Shown piece by piece: positions 11,310 through 24,606 of a stretch of DNA of 64,000 nt. The first letter of the stretch is position 1, and every line of letters begins with the position of its first letter. Source of the stretch: Eledone cirrhosa (taxonomy: Eukaryota). The notes below the pieces were generated by a model. That model searched no databases. It saw only the letters and a program-made list of their open reading frames with translations, and was not told the origin of the DNA. Made by a program: the position numbers and the translations under genes. The DNA is taken from the NCBI GenBank assembly GCA_964016885.1, contig OZ024748.1, forward strand, positions 29,884,001-29,948,000, given 5' to 3'.

Positions 11310-11860
11310 ATGAAAAATTCGGGACCCCGATTTTATAAAGCATTTTGGTTGCGTTAGGACCTGTAACTCGAGAAGTACCCAACCCATTTTTAAACTTTGC
11401 ATATGCATTACTTATGTTTCACAAATTTTCTTGACTGAAAAAGATTTCAAATGTTTGCCTCGGGACCGCATTGTTTAGCATTTTGGTTGCGTTAGGGCCT
11501 GTAACCTTAAAAGTATCCAACTAAATTCCTTCATGCTCTCCACCACTGCAGTCCCACATGCTTACTGCTCTGTAACTATTGCTTTCATTGTACCATAGCA
11601 CAACAAATACATGTTCGGTTTGCCGAATGCCTTTTTACTTAACCCTATCGTCTTGGCTTTCGTGGGTTGAACATTTTACTCTCAGGCACCCAACTAAGTT
11701 AAACCCCTGCTAATCTACGACGAATTTTTTTTTATAAGCACAAAATGTAGACACCATCCCCAGGTCGAGGTATTCCGTACTTCTCTGTACTGTTTCAGAA
11801 AGGAGGGATAAACATGCCAATCTATGTTTAGAATCCCGAGCAACGCCGGGTCATTCTACT

Positions 11861-11862
<2 letters not shown>
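11310..11862 (+). mobile_element. Helitron-type non-autonomous fragment (3' end)
   Basis: CCCG-AGCAACGC-CGGG hairpin 8 nt before CTAG|T at 11859-11863; the same terminus occurs on the minus strand at about 17284 and at 28395. 5' boundary approximate. Confidence 0.55.
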
Positions 11863-11959
<97 letters not shown>

Positions 11960-11960
11960 G

Positions 11961-12200
11961 ATGGCTACCTCCTCGTTATCGAGTATGGCCATTGCACGAA
12001 AAAAATCATATATATTAATAATTAACGGTGCGGCTTTTCAACCCAGCCAATAATCTAAAATGTCTTGCACAGAGTTGGCAACCAAAACATTCACTGGCAA
12101 GAACCGACTGTGGTTGGACTTCATGTACTTTTGCATGTCGTTTGAGCCCTCCTGCTGATCTACACTCTCTTCCACATGCTTGACAGGTATGATGAGCAGC
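11961..12200 (-). mobile_element. RTE-type LINE 3' fragment with C2H2-like fingers
   Basis: CQACGRECRSAGGLKRHAKVH and CQLCARHFRLLAGLKS motifs, typical of RTE C-termini; embedded in microsatellites. Confidence 0.55.
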
Positions 12201-12689
12201 ATATAAACATATATACACACCGACCTATTTTGGATAAGGTAATCCAGAAAAAAAGGAAAAACATTAAAAAGCGATTGGCTGGTCACGACTAGAATGTCTT
12301 TAATGTCTGCTCTATCAGGGCTGATATGTGCTTAAACAACAATCACAACATCAATAGTAACATGCTGCTACTCGGCCCAAAGGGATAGTATAGACTTTAT
12401 AATTACATCTACTTACAGCAACATCCTGTTTTAAAACAATGTTGCTATTGTTCTTGTTTTTATTGTGGTTATTGTCATTGGTGTTGAAGTTGCTGTTATG
12501 TTGATGTTGTTTTTGTTGTTACTGTTGCTGTTATTTTTATCCAGTCCATTCACCTTTAAAACATTGTTAAAGCCACACGTGTCTGTGTATCAGCCGCAGG
12601 CGCGTTAATATCTCCAACAAGATGTTGTTCAAACAACTGGAACACTCATCGTCGGAAACGACGGAGGTCCAACTAGAAGAGCCAGAACA

Positions 12690-14718
12690 TCAACCACAAC
12701 AACAATAACCGGAACATCAACCACAACAACAACTACAACCTCCACACACTTAACTTCAATCACAACTGCAAAAACAACCACTACAATCACAACACTAACA
12801 ATACCAGAGAAGCAACAACAACAAACACAACAACAACAAAAACACTATCACCAGAACACAACCGCAACAACAACCACAGCATCAACAACAACAACAACAA
12901 ACACAACAACCACCACAACCACACCAGGAACAACAGCAACCACAACAACCACCACAACCACAACATCAAGAACAACAACAACCACAACAACGACCAAAAC
13001 AACAACAACAACCACAACAACCAGAACAACCACAACAACAACAACAACAACCACAACAACGACAAAAACAACAACAACAACCACACCAACGACCAAAACA
13101 ACACCAACAACAACAACCACACCAACGACCAAAACAACAACAACAACAACCACACCAACGACCAAAGCAACACCAACAACAACAACAACCACACCAACGA
13201 CCAAAACAACAACAACAAAAACAACAATCACACCAACGACCAAAACAACACCAACAACAACAACAACCACACCAACGACCAAAACAACAATAACAACACC
13301 CACACCAACGACCAAAACAACAACAACAACAACCACACCAACTACCAAAACAACACCAACAACAACAACCACACCAACGACCAAAACAACACCAACAACA
13401 ACAACCACACCAACGACCAAAACAACGCCAACAACAACAACCACACCAACGACCAAAACAACACCAACAACAACAACCACACCAACGACCAAAACTACAA
13501 CAACAACAACAACCACATCAACGACCAAAACAACACCAACAACAACAACCACACCAACGACCAAAACAACACCAACAACAACAACCACACCAACGACCAA
13601 AACAACACCAACAACAACAACCACACCAACGACCAAAACTACAACAACAACAACAACCACACCAACGACCAAAACAACACCAACAACAACAACCACACCA
13701 ACGACCAAAACAACACCAACTACAACAACAACCACACCGACGACCAAAACAACAACAACAACAACCACACCGACGACCAAAACAACACCAACTACAACAA
13801 CAACCACACCAACGACCAAAACAACAACAACAACCACACCAACGACCAAAACAACGCCAACAACAACAACCACACCAACGACCAAAACAACACCAACAAC
13901 AACAACCACACCAACGACCAAAACTACAACAACAACAACAACAACCACACCAACGACCAAAACAACACCAACAACCACACCAACGACCAAAACAACACCA
14001 ACTACAACAACAACCACACCGACGACCAAAACAACACCAACTACAACAACAACCACACCAACGACCAAAACAACAACAACAACAACAACCACACCGACGA
14101 CCAAAACAACACCAACTACAACAACAACCACACCAACGACCAAAACAACACCAACAATAACAACAACCACACCGACGACCAAAACAACAACAACAACAAC
14201 AACCACACCGACGACCAAAACAACAACAACAACAACCCCACCAACGACTATAACAAACACAACAGCCACAACAACAGCAATCACCTCAACAACTAGAACA
14301 ACAATAACAATAACAAAAACCACCTGAACACTAGCAATAAACGACAACCAATGTAACCAGAATCACACATACAACATCAACTACAACCAAATCATAAACA
14401 CCGACAACCACAACCACAACCACAACCAAAACAACGACAACAACCACAACCACAACAACAACAACCACAACAACCACAACATCTACAAAAACCACAACAA
14501 CAAAGGCATTCATAATAACAACCATAACCACAACAACAACAACCAAAACAATCAAACCCATAACAACAATCCCAACACCACAACAACCACAGCGACAACT
14601 GCAACAACAGCAACAACAAAAATCCCGACGACCACAACCACAACAACCACAAGAACAAGAACAACAACTATAACTACAACAATCACAACAACCACAACAA
14701 CAACCACAACAACAACCT
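12690..14718. repeat. (ACA/ACC)n-derived minisatellite, core ACCACACCAACGACCAAAACAACACCAACAACAACA
   Basis: About 27-39 bp units in the core (about 13070-14250) grading into degenerate trinucleotide flanks. Confidence 0.9.
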
Positions 14719-14777
14719 TCTGATTGACCTGTGAGACATTTTAAAATTTTACAATTTTAAAATGTAATGGTTTATAA

Positions 14778-15140
14778 TTTAGACATATGGCCAGCAGTTT
14801 ATGTGGAGGAAAGTCGATTATATCGATCCCAGTGCGTTACTGGTACTGTATTTTATCGACTCTAAAAATATGATAGGCAAAGCGGGATTTAAACTCAGAA
14901 CGCAAAGGCCCATAACTCTATACCACAAAGCATTCTTTCTGCCACCCTATAATAGTGGTTTCTGATTTAGACACAATTTTGGGGGCGAGAAAAGTCGATT
15001 AAATCGATATCAGTACGTTACTGGTACTTTATTTTATTAACACCACAAGGATGAAAGGCAGGATTTGAATACAAAACGTAACTAAATGCTGCAAAGAAAT
15101 GTTATTTTCGCCACGGTCTAATGGCTCTGCCAATCCACCA
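14778..15140 (-). mobile_element. Two adjacent degenerate tRNA-SINE copies
   Basis: CAGTGCGTTACTGGTACT...TTTATCGAC...GATGAAAGGCA...GATTTGAA motifs present twice. Confidence 0.7.
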
Positions 15141-15418
15141 CATAATGCCAGTTGAGTCAAATATCAACAAATCATTGCACTTTTCGCTGATACAGCAATG
15201 GAAGTTGGCCAAAACAAATGTAATTGAAGAATGCTGAAAAGAACCGGTTTCGAAAATCTTGATATCACAGAATCACCTGTGATGTAAAGATTAGCGAAAC
15301 TCTTGACTAACAAGACTCACTATTCAGCCTTAATAAAATATTAAAACTCTACTTCGGTATTGAATATTCCTTTCTCTCAGCTGTCAACAACCATATACAT
15401 CCCCCCCCCCCATACACA

Positions 15419-15471
<53 letters not shown>

Positions 15472-15739
15472 CATACATATAACCAGGAATAAATCATATT
15501 AAACTATTTAATTGATTGATGAATGTTTCAAACAATAAAACAAAAATATTCATTTCTGCTGTATTGATCTCTTCAGAATTTATTAAATAACACAAATAAC
15601 ATAAATATTTACCAAACACATGTCCAAATACATGCCTTTAAAGTACCCATTTTTATCTAAAAAAAAAAAAAGAACTACACCATATGGTAACGAAAATTGA
15701 TTGCATATTTTTTTTCTGGGGCACTTACAATTAATAATA

Positions 15740-15960
15740 TTTATGTCATTTTTACGTTCGACGAACGTCACTTGTTGGCGTAATTGTTTTGCTGTGAAAT
15801 GATTTAGCACTGGGTGTATTTCGTCCCAGTGTAGCTTCATTCTGTTCATATAGCGAACAGAGGGATTTTTGTTGCCATTTTATAACAGTTAAATAAATCA
15901 TCATTAAGTTCGTACCTCCAAGAGCACTGCGATTTATAATTTCGGTTTCTTCTACAACTA
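15740..15960 (-). mobile_element. N-terminal fragment of an R4/Dong-type (RLE) non-LTR ORF
   Basis: W..ELNDDLFNCYKMA then MNRMKLHWDEIHP...TAKQLRQQVTFV in adjacent frames, matching the N-terminal pattern of these elements from recall. Confidence 0.5.
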
Positions 15961-17151
15961 AATAAATTTTGTTTATCTTTCTCATTGCCTTTCTTCGGTA
16001 AATTGTTCTCGTTGCTTGTGTTCGGCAAATTGTTGTTGTTAATGTTGTGTCCACAATGCTGTTTGTAGAAAATCCTTGTAAGATGAATTATGTATTTAGT
16101 CGAATATCTCTACGAATTCGAATAAAAGGTTTCTTCAGTGGACATAGTTAGAAGAATATCCAGTTTATTGTTCATAGTTTTACGATTATTTAAGATATAT
16201 CGACCAGAGTGGAAGTAGTTACATGGTAGCGGTTACATATATACTTACATAACATATGTATATATACATATATGTATGTATATATACATATATATGTGTG
16301 TGTGTGTTTTTATTTCTGCATATTTGTATGCGGGATCCAAAAAGGGGTCCTGATAGTTTTTAAATGAATACGAGGATGTTGGCAAATATAAGGATATTTG
16401 CAGCCATTGTTGTCTAAATGTACAGAACAATGGATTCCGTTTCATAACACACGCACACACTTACTCACACACATTCACACACATTCTTTCACACACATTC
16501 ACACACACACAATAACACACAGAGCTACACAGACATACACTCTCACACACCCACAAACACACTTGTAACCAGTCTGACACACTCAGACACATACATACAT
16601 GTATATATATATTTGAGTATTTCATAAGTAAACTGTTTATTTCGTCTTTTGAGCCAACGCCATCTTTAATATTTGCCATTGTTTCGCACACACATACTTG
16701 TAGACCAGCTTGCAGCTTTACATTGTTCGTGTCGCTGTGTAGTCTTTGAGGAATGTTCGTAATTTCCTGGTACGGGGTGGATGCGAGATAGTGTGGGTTG
16801 TGGTGGGGTTGTTTGAAGCAGCTTTCAGTTCATCTAGATCTATGTCTTGCATTAACGAACGTTTTCTCTTTGAAGTGTCCTCACTAAGAGAAAGGTCAGG
16901 CGATCGAGCAAGCGATGACATGTTATCTCGTTTAGGAAATGACATTGTCGGAAAACATTTGTTTAAGCCTTCCATTAACATATTTCTAATATCATTCAAT
17001 TGCATATGGTTTTCAGATCATTTTGAAAATAATCAAGTGTTTGGAGGGATTTAATTATATAACTAACTTTCTCGTTACTAAGCTGATGCTTTGAGTATAA
17101 CTTAACAAAGCCTTTGCATAAAACAATGGTGTTTAGACAAATATGAATACT

Positions 17152-17540
17152 TTAACCCTTTCGTTACCATATGGTGTAGTTCTTTTTTTTTTTTTTTTTT
17201 AGATAAAAATGGGTACTTTAAAGGCATAATGATTTTAAATTAATTTCAAGATAATCAAGAATGTAGAGGGATTTAGTAATATACTAGCAGAATGGCCCGG
17301 CGTTGCTCGGGATTTGCTCTAGGGTTCTTATATATTTGATATATATTTATTCTTATCGAGCCTTAATCAAGAATGTAGAGGGATTTAGTAATATATAATA
17401 ATTTTCTTATTAAGCTAGTGTTCGGAACATAGCTTAACAAAGGTTCTTACATAAAATTATCATGGAGGGTTTTTAGATAAATGAAAACACTTTAAAATAA
17501 GCATTTTGTATCTAAGAACCAAGGGTGGCGTCAGTTGGTT
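17152..17540 (+). mobile_element. piggyBac-type MITE fragment
   Basis: Begins TTAA-CCCTTTCGTTACC; an inverted partial copy lies at about 15630-15695; interrupted by a Helitron end near 17284. Confidence 0.4.
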
Positions 17541-17811
17541 TGGGCAATTGTCTCACCTTTTTCAAATAAAGAAATATAGGCAAATCCCACCCAAGTTTAC
17601 CACACAACACCACACTCGGGCACATTTTGGCCATGCTCCAGTATTTCATCAAATTAGCAATATATATTTGATCATATTTCAAAATAGTTGACGAATAAAA
17701 TCAAATCTCTGTGTTTTCTCCTGAAATTAGATGCAGCGTGAATTACTAAAGCAGTTTACTTAATAAGGTTTTTGCATTGAACTGCTTTTGTGCTAGTGGT
17801 GTGTCTGTGTT

Positions 17812-17850
<39 letters not shown>

Positions 17851-18071
17851 TATTAATGATAGTTGTGGTAGCTATAGTAGTTATAGTAGTTATTGTCAAA
17901 TTGGTAATAATGTGTGTAAAGGTGGCGATCGGCGGAGCCGTTAGGGCCGTCGGGTTAATAATGCTTCGGTATTTGTTCTGGCTCATTACGCTCTGAGTTC
18001 AAATCCGTTTCGCGGCCGATAACTAAAGCACCAGTCCAATATTGGGGTCGACTCTTCACCTTTATTCCTCA

Positions 18072-18104
<33 letters not shown>

Positions 18105-18424
18105 CGCCATGTTTTAATGCCCAAGACACGCCACATGTCAGGATAACGCCCCCTATAACCCCATTCAGGAGTTAAATGCCCTTTTCTTTCCTTGATAGTG
18201 TTTGGATGTTATTGCGGTATAAGTTTTGGCATTAATGGGAAACATTTAGCTTCAGGCCAACCCTGATCAAGCACGTCTATGATAAAAGGTATTCCAGCTA
18301 TGACCATCATGAGGCTTTTTTTCCAGGCACCGTGTACTTCTTTTCTAAAACGGTATATATATAGAATATGGAAGCTATATGTCTGATAAATCGAGCGACC
18401 GCGTAGTGATACCCTCGTTGGTGT

Positions 18425-19090
18425 TAAGGCGTGTGGTTTAGTATGTAGGGTGTTTAGCTCGTAGTCGTAAGTGTATGAGTTCGATTCCCAGACCAGACAG
18501 AGCCTTGTGATCTTGAATAAAACACTTTACTTCACCTTTGTTCCATTCCACTCAACAGCCAAAACATGACATGTACTTGTAATTCAAAGGACCAGCCTTG
18601 TGATATACAGTGTCACGCTGAATCTCCTTGAGAATTATGTTAAAAATACACGTGTCTGGAATGGTCAACCACTTACATATATATTGGTTTCTGATATAGG
18701 CGCAAGGCCAGTCACTTTGTGGGAGGAGAAAGTCGATTAAATCGACCCCAGTGCGTTACTGGTACTTTATTTTATCGACCCCGTAAGGATGAAAGGCAAA
18801 GCTCACCTCGGCAGGATTTGAACTCAGAAAGTAAAGGGACGTAACTCTGTGCTGAAAAGCATGGTGTCCGACGCTCTACTGATACTACGAATTCATTCTA
18901 TGGATGGACGGTACCTGTAATTCCAATGGTCAGCCTTGTCACACTGTGTCACGCTGATAATTACGTTAAGTTCACGTGTTCACGTGTCTATAGAATGCTC
19001 AGCCACTTGCACGTTAATTTCATGAGCAGACTGCTCCATTATTCGAACAACTGAAACATTGGTCATGAGAACCGGTGAAAGTCCAACACA
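18425..19090 (+). mobile_element. CORE-type tRNA-SINE interrupted by another SINE
   Basis: A/B boxes (TGGTTTAGT...GAGTTCGATTCCC), CORE-like TGTGATCTTGAATAAAACACTTTACTTCAC; tail also seen at about 12575-12672. Confidence 0.55.
18686..18890 (-). mobile_element. tRNA-SINE with Nin/Deu-like domain
   Basis: Reverse complement of the family consensus TTTGCCTTTCATCCTTACGGGGTCGATAAAATAAAGTACCAGT. Confidence 0.8.
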
Positions 19091-19610
19091 CACTACATTG
19101 CTGGTGTTAGTTACACAGCTGTTGGAAATACTGTTGTAAATGACAGTGTTGTTGTTAATGGGTTGTGAAGGGACTGGTTTGGGAGGAAACGGATGTTAAT
19201 AGAGTCAATGATAAAGCATAGTTGCGGTAAGGGGTGGAAGGAGAAAAGAGGGGGTATATTGATGGTGATGACGTGAGTGCCAGTGGTTACGCTGTCTTGA
19301 GCGTGTTGGTGTAGTAATAGATGATAATGATGTTAATGATCATCATTATTATCATTATCAACATCATCATGAATATGACAATGATGTTCAGCGACTCCAG
19401 TTCATCCTCCGTATTCTTTCCTAATGTTATTCCCACTGAACCGCCCCCCTCCCACCTTCGGCAACATTTGCATAAAGCTGTTTATTCCGTGAATGACATA
19501 TTTTGTAAATTGGGATCGACCAAAGGTCAAAATAAACTTTTAAGCTTTGCCTGGGAAAATATTCATTTACAATTTTTTTCTATTCAAACATGGCGTCATT
19601 ATTAAACAAA

Positions 19611-19799
19611 GGTCGGTGAATTGGCAGTATCGGTAGAGGGTCGGACATGCTTTCCAGCATAGTTACGTCCCTTTACGATCTGAGTTCAAATCCCGCCGAG
19701 GTTAACTTTGCCTTTCATCCATACGGGGTCGATAAAATAAAGTACCAGTAATGTACTGGGTAATTGCTGGCCTTGTGCCAAAAGTAGAAACAATTATTA
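19611..19799 (+). mobile_element. tRNA-SINE with Nin/Deu-like domain, full length
   Basis: B box GAGTTCAAATCCC, central GCCTTTCATCC..CGGGGTCGATAAAATAAAGTACCAG, target duplication ATTAAACAAA at 19601 and 19796. Confidence 0.88.
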
Positions 19800-20139
19800 A
19801 ACAAACTATCGTCTGCTTCTGACATTCTGCCTTCCCTATGCCTTTCTCACGTTACCCTTTCTCTCTGACACACAATATACAATTTTTTTGTCCCTCTCTG
19901 TCTCACACACACAATATCTCTTTCTTTCATACCCTCTCCTTCTTACTATCTCTCTCTCTCAGTTTCACACACAATGTACAGTATCTCTCTCCCTTTCTCT
20001 CTCTCTCTTCCCGTCTCTTTCTCTCATATTTCTCACCCCTCAGCTTTCTCTGTCTTTATTCTTGTATTTATCTCATATTCTCTCCCTCCTGTTTCACCCT
20101 CGTAATACTTTGTTTGTTTGGTTACCTTTCTCTTATGTA

Positions 20140-20370
20140 TCTTCCCCATCTCTTTCATCTGTCAGTCTTGCGAAAGGCCGATTACAGCGGGCAAAATAGA
20201 AGACGGCCTAGACCGCTGTGGGAAACACAAATCACCCGGTTCAGATGGTCTACCCTATGAGTTTTACATATGTATGTCAGACTTGTTCTCTGGCGTCCTC
20301 GAAGCGGTCTACTGCAACTGGCAGCAGAACGGGAGAATTCCCAGTTCTGTAGGCTGAGGCGTAGTAAAAG
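20140..20370 (+). mobile_element. Tx1/L1-type LINE RT fragment
   Basis: KSPGSDGLPYEFY motif (RT domain 0) in ORF 20118..20357. Confidence 0.75.
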
Positions 20371-20818
20371 GATGGGCAACGAGTGACATTGAGTGGTGAA
20401 GTGACGAGTGAGATGAGAGTGCTTGAGTGGAAGTGACATTGAGTGGAGGTGGTATTGAATGGAGGTGATACTGAGTGGAGATAGCATTGAATGGAGGTAA
20501 CACTGACAGGCGGTGAGAAAGGAATGCTTGAGGGGAAGTAGAATTGATAGGAAATGAGAAAGGAGTACTTGAATGGAGGTGGCATTGAGTTCAGCTACCT
20601 CCAAGGACGAGAGACTAAGCCTTTTTGGGAAGAAAACAAAAAATATTTCTAGTCTGTTCGGAGACACACAATACTTGACAGTGGTCAATTTGTTGTAACG
20701 TGAGGCGCTTGTTTAGCAGAAAACTAGACCAACAGGCGCTATGTTAATAGTTCGTGAGGCGGCGGCGGCGGCGGCTGCTGCTGCTGCTACTACTACTACC
20801 ACCACCACCACCACCACC

Positions 20819-20893
<75 letters not shown>

Positions 20894-21569
20894 GTTGTAG
20901 TTGTTGTTTTTGTTGCTGATGTTGCTGTTGCTGTTGGTTTTGTTGCTGTTGTTTATGTTACTGCTCCTACCGCTGATGTTGGCATTGCCGTCGTGGTGCT
21001 GACCTTAGTCGCCATTGCAGCTGTTACTTTAATCTTAGAGATGCGGTAAATATTGATGCAGCTGAGGCTGCTGTTATTGTTCTTATTCAACCCTCCACAG
21101 GCCAGACCTATCTATGATGAAAGGCGTTCTAGTCGTGACTATTCCGTGACTACTGTATTATGACATAGGGTAGCTTCTATCTGCTATTAGTACCCTATAA
21201 CCCAGTACAACGTCCCTCATGGTCGAGCGGTCGTCGACCAAATCTGCCCCCCCCCCCCCCCCCCCTCCCCCTCCCCCCATCAAACCCGCCCCTGGTTTGG
21301 TCTGGTGAGAAGGGTAAGTGGAACACCAGCAGCACAAAAAACAAGAGCTGTTAGAAGGGCGGATGAACTTTTCAGAATCAACGGCCATCCACCCCAACTA
21401 TGGGTTAAATAGCTCCACCAACCTGCAATTGGCCAAGCGAGGTGGGTACGGCTACACCTCTGACATAACCAAAATCAAACAGAAAGCGGTGGAGGTCAAC
21501 CAGGAAGGGGTTCCTCCAACAGGAGTTCATTGGATTGGACTGTATACAAGATTGTATTATTAGCTACTG

Positions 21570-22135
21570 GGTTGGTAGAATGAGAGAGTCGGACAAAATG
21601 CTTTGCAGCATATAGCTACACCCCATTACAATCGGAGTTAAATCCCACCGATGTAGCTTTACCTTTCATCCTTCCAGGGTCGTTAAAATAGAGTACAAAT
21701 CACTTATTGGGATAGATGCTATCGACTTTCCCCTCCCCACAAATTATTGGCCTTGTGCCTAAATTAGAAATCATTTGGCAGTATCGGTAGATGGTCGGAC
21801 ACCAAGCATAGAGTTACGGCCCTTGTCATTCTGTGTTCAAATCCCACCGAGGTTAACTTTGCCTTTCATCCTTACGGGGTCGATAAAATAAAGTACCAGT
21901 AATACACTGGGATAGTTGCTGGCCTTGTGCCAAAGGTAGAAACAATTATTAGATACTAGCTGACAATAATAACGGCAATATTGTTGAATGTATATAATTG
22001 TTTCTACTTTAGGCACAAGGCCAGCAAATACCCAGTGCATTACTGGTACTTTATTTTATCGACCCCGTAAGGATGAAAGGCAAAGTCAACCTCGGCGGGA
22101 TTTGAACTCAGATAGTAAAGGGACGTAACTATGCT
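21570..22135. mobile_element. Cluster of three tRNA-SINE copies (+ 21570-21775, + 21776-21951, - 21996-22135)
   Basis: Same consensus as 19611-19799. Confidence 0.82.
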
Positions 22136-22283
22136 GGATGTTTGGAGTTCAGGATATATATGTGCAATCATTACAAACTGGGGAATTTGCGTTTTGATAA
22201 GAGAGAAGAGAGAAGGAGAGAGAGAGAGGGGAGGGGGTGAAGTAGAAGGAAATAGAGGCAGAGAGAGAAGGGGGAAGTAGAAG

Positions 22284-22322
<39 letters not shown>

Positions 22323-22733
22323 AGAGAGCGGTAGATGGAGAGAGAAAGGAGTAGAGGGAGAGATAAACATAGAGATAAGAAAAATATTGTGACAGAAAGT
22401 GAGAGAAATAGCAAGGCAGAGAAGAAAGGGGAGGATAAAAGAAGGAATGTTTGTGGGGGAGGGGGTGATTTTTAAAACTTCAATTGTCTGTTTACACCCC
22501 CTCCTATTGCCACTTTATTTGTTCGTCAATTCGTTCTCCATGTCTTACTCTATTTCCCTTTCTTTCAGTTCCTCGTCTCTCTCACACACTTTCTGTCTGC
22601 CACACAATATTTCTCACAAGATCTGATATATAGAGGACTAACAACACACCCTGGATCTGAACATATCAATGGATTAACAAGGTAAAATCCATTACAACTT
22701 TATGTTTTCCTGTATTTTATGTTCAAGTTCTTA

Positions 22734-22790
22734 CTGCTTGATGAGGTCATAGCTGTTGAATAATGGCTATCACTGAAATATATATAGCAG
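22734..22790 (+). ncRNA. Type I HHR (C3U variant)
   Basis: CUGC-UUGAUGA-GGUCAUAGCUGUU(GAAU)AAUGGCUAUCACU-GAAAUAUAUAUA-GCAG; stem I CUGC/GCAG, long stem II, palindromic helix III. Confidence 0.62.
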
Positions 22791-22841
22791 CGAATATGAG
22801 TGAACAGAACTAATTTCATCCTGATGACTTACACTTCTTGT

Positions 22842-22923
<82 letters not shown>

Positions 22924-23141
22924 ATTCTTATATATATGGATTCTTATATATATATATATATGGATTCTTTTTAGCTTCCTGTCTCCACGTAAAATTTGTA
23001 AATCAGTGGCTAGTTGAGAGATAGAGTCCTATCGCGTGCCAGTTGCTAATAGCTTTACCATGTCAGTCGTCACAAACAGTCATGGCCGGCATAGACTGGT
23101 CTTAGGATTCTGTTGATCGATTGGTTATTGATTAGGCGATA

Positions 23142-23251
23142 CCCGCTGACGAAGCCGCATAAGCCGATTGTGCATTGTTGCATAATATATGCAGACAGAT
23201 GGTGCAGTGCACCTTACTGCTGCATTAGTGCGGCAGAAACTCAAGTCTGGG
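23142..23251 (+). ncRNA. Type I HHR with large branched insertion in stem II
   Basis: CCCG-CUGACGA-A-GCCGCA...UGCGGC-A-GAAAC(UCAA)GUC-UGGG; inner helices GUGCAUUG/CAGUGCAC and UGCAUA/UAUGCA. Confidence 0.72.
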
Positions 23252-23391
23252 ACCTTACAGGCAGGTTTTACGTGTGTTGTGTTGAAGCAAATAACTTTGT
23301 GTATACTCTGGGAATGTATCTTACATTGCCCATGGAGTGCGCTGAGATACAACCGGTACTAGCATTGCTAAATATGCTGGGTCCGTCAACC

Positions 23392-23543
<152 letters not shown>

Positions 23544-23571
23544 TATCAGTGTTCTGAAATAGCGATGTATG

Positions 23572-23886
23572 TATGAATGAATGTATAGTGTATTTGATAA
23601 TATACTGTATGTTTATTTAAAAACATTTTGAAGACCATTCGCTATGAGTTTTAAAGTAGTGACTTGTCACTTACTTAGTCTTGGCAAAATAAAGGGAAGC
23701 AATCGACAGCTGTTTCTCGTTTGTTAACGGTTAACAAACGAGAAACAGCTGTCGATTGCTTCCCTTTATTTTGCCAAGACTAAGTAAGTGACAAGTCACT
23801 ACTTTAAAACTCATAGCGAATGGTCTTCAAAATGTTTTTAAATAAACATACAATATATTATCAAATACACTATACATTCATTCATA
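23572..23886. repeat. Near-perfect palindrome, 157-bp arms, 1-nt centre at 23729
   Basis: Arms checked base by base at the ends and centre, one mismatch seen; contains the HHR 3' half GAAAC-AGCU-GUC at 23742-23753. Confidence 0.95.
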
Positions 23887-23995
23887 TATATATATATATA
23901 TGTTGGAAAAGTAAATAACAACAACAAGAAGTACAGTTACGAAAGGTGTTAGGTATTAGGTTCACGCTTGAGAGTGGGGGGTGGGGTGGGGCCCA

Positions 23996-24590
<595 letters not shown>

Positions 24591-24606
24591 ATATATATAT
24601 ATATAT

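Noticed and set aside
12690-14327. Thr/Pro/Lys-rich mucin-like frame on + and the 499-aa Val-rich ORF on -
   Set aside because: T-poor trinucleotide repeats lack stops by composition; no start codon, signal peptide or splice sites seen, and the same repeat continues with stops after 14327.
16048-16143. Minus-strand GUCCA-CUGAAGA...UGGAC hammerhead candidate
   Set aside because: GAAA is replaced by CAAA and there is no valid NUH or closing stem II.
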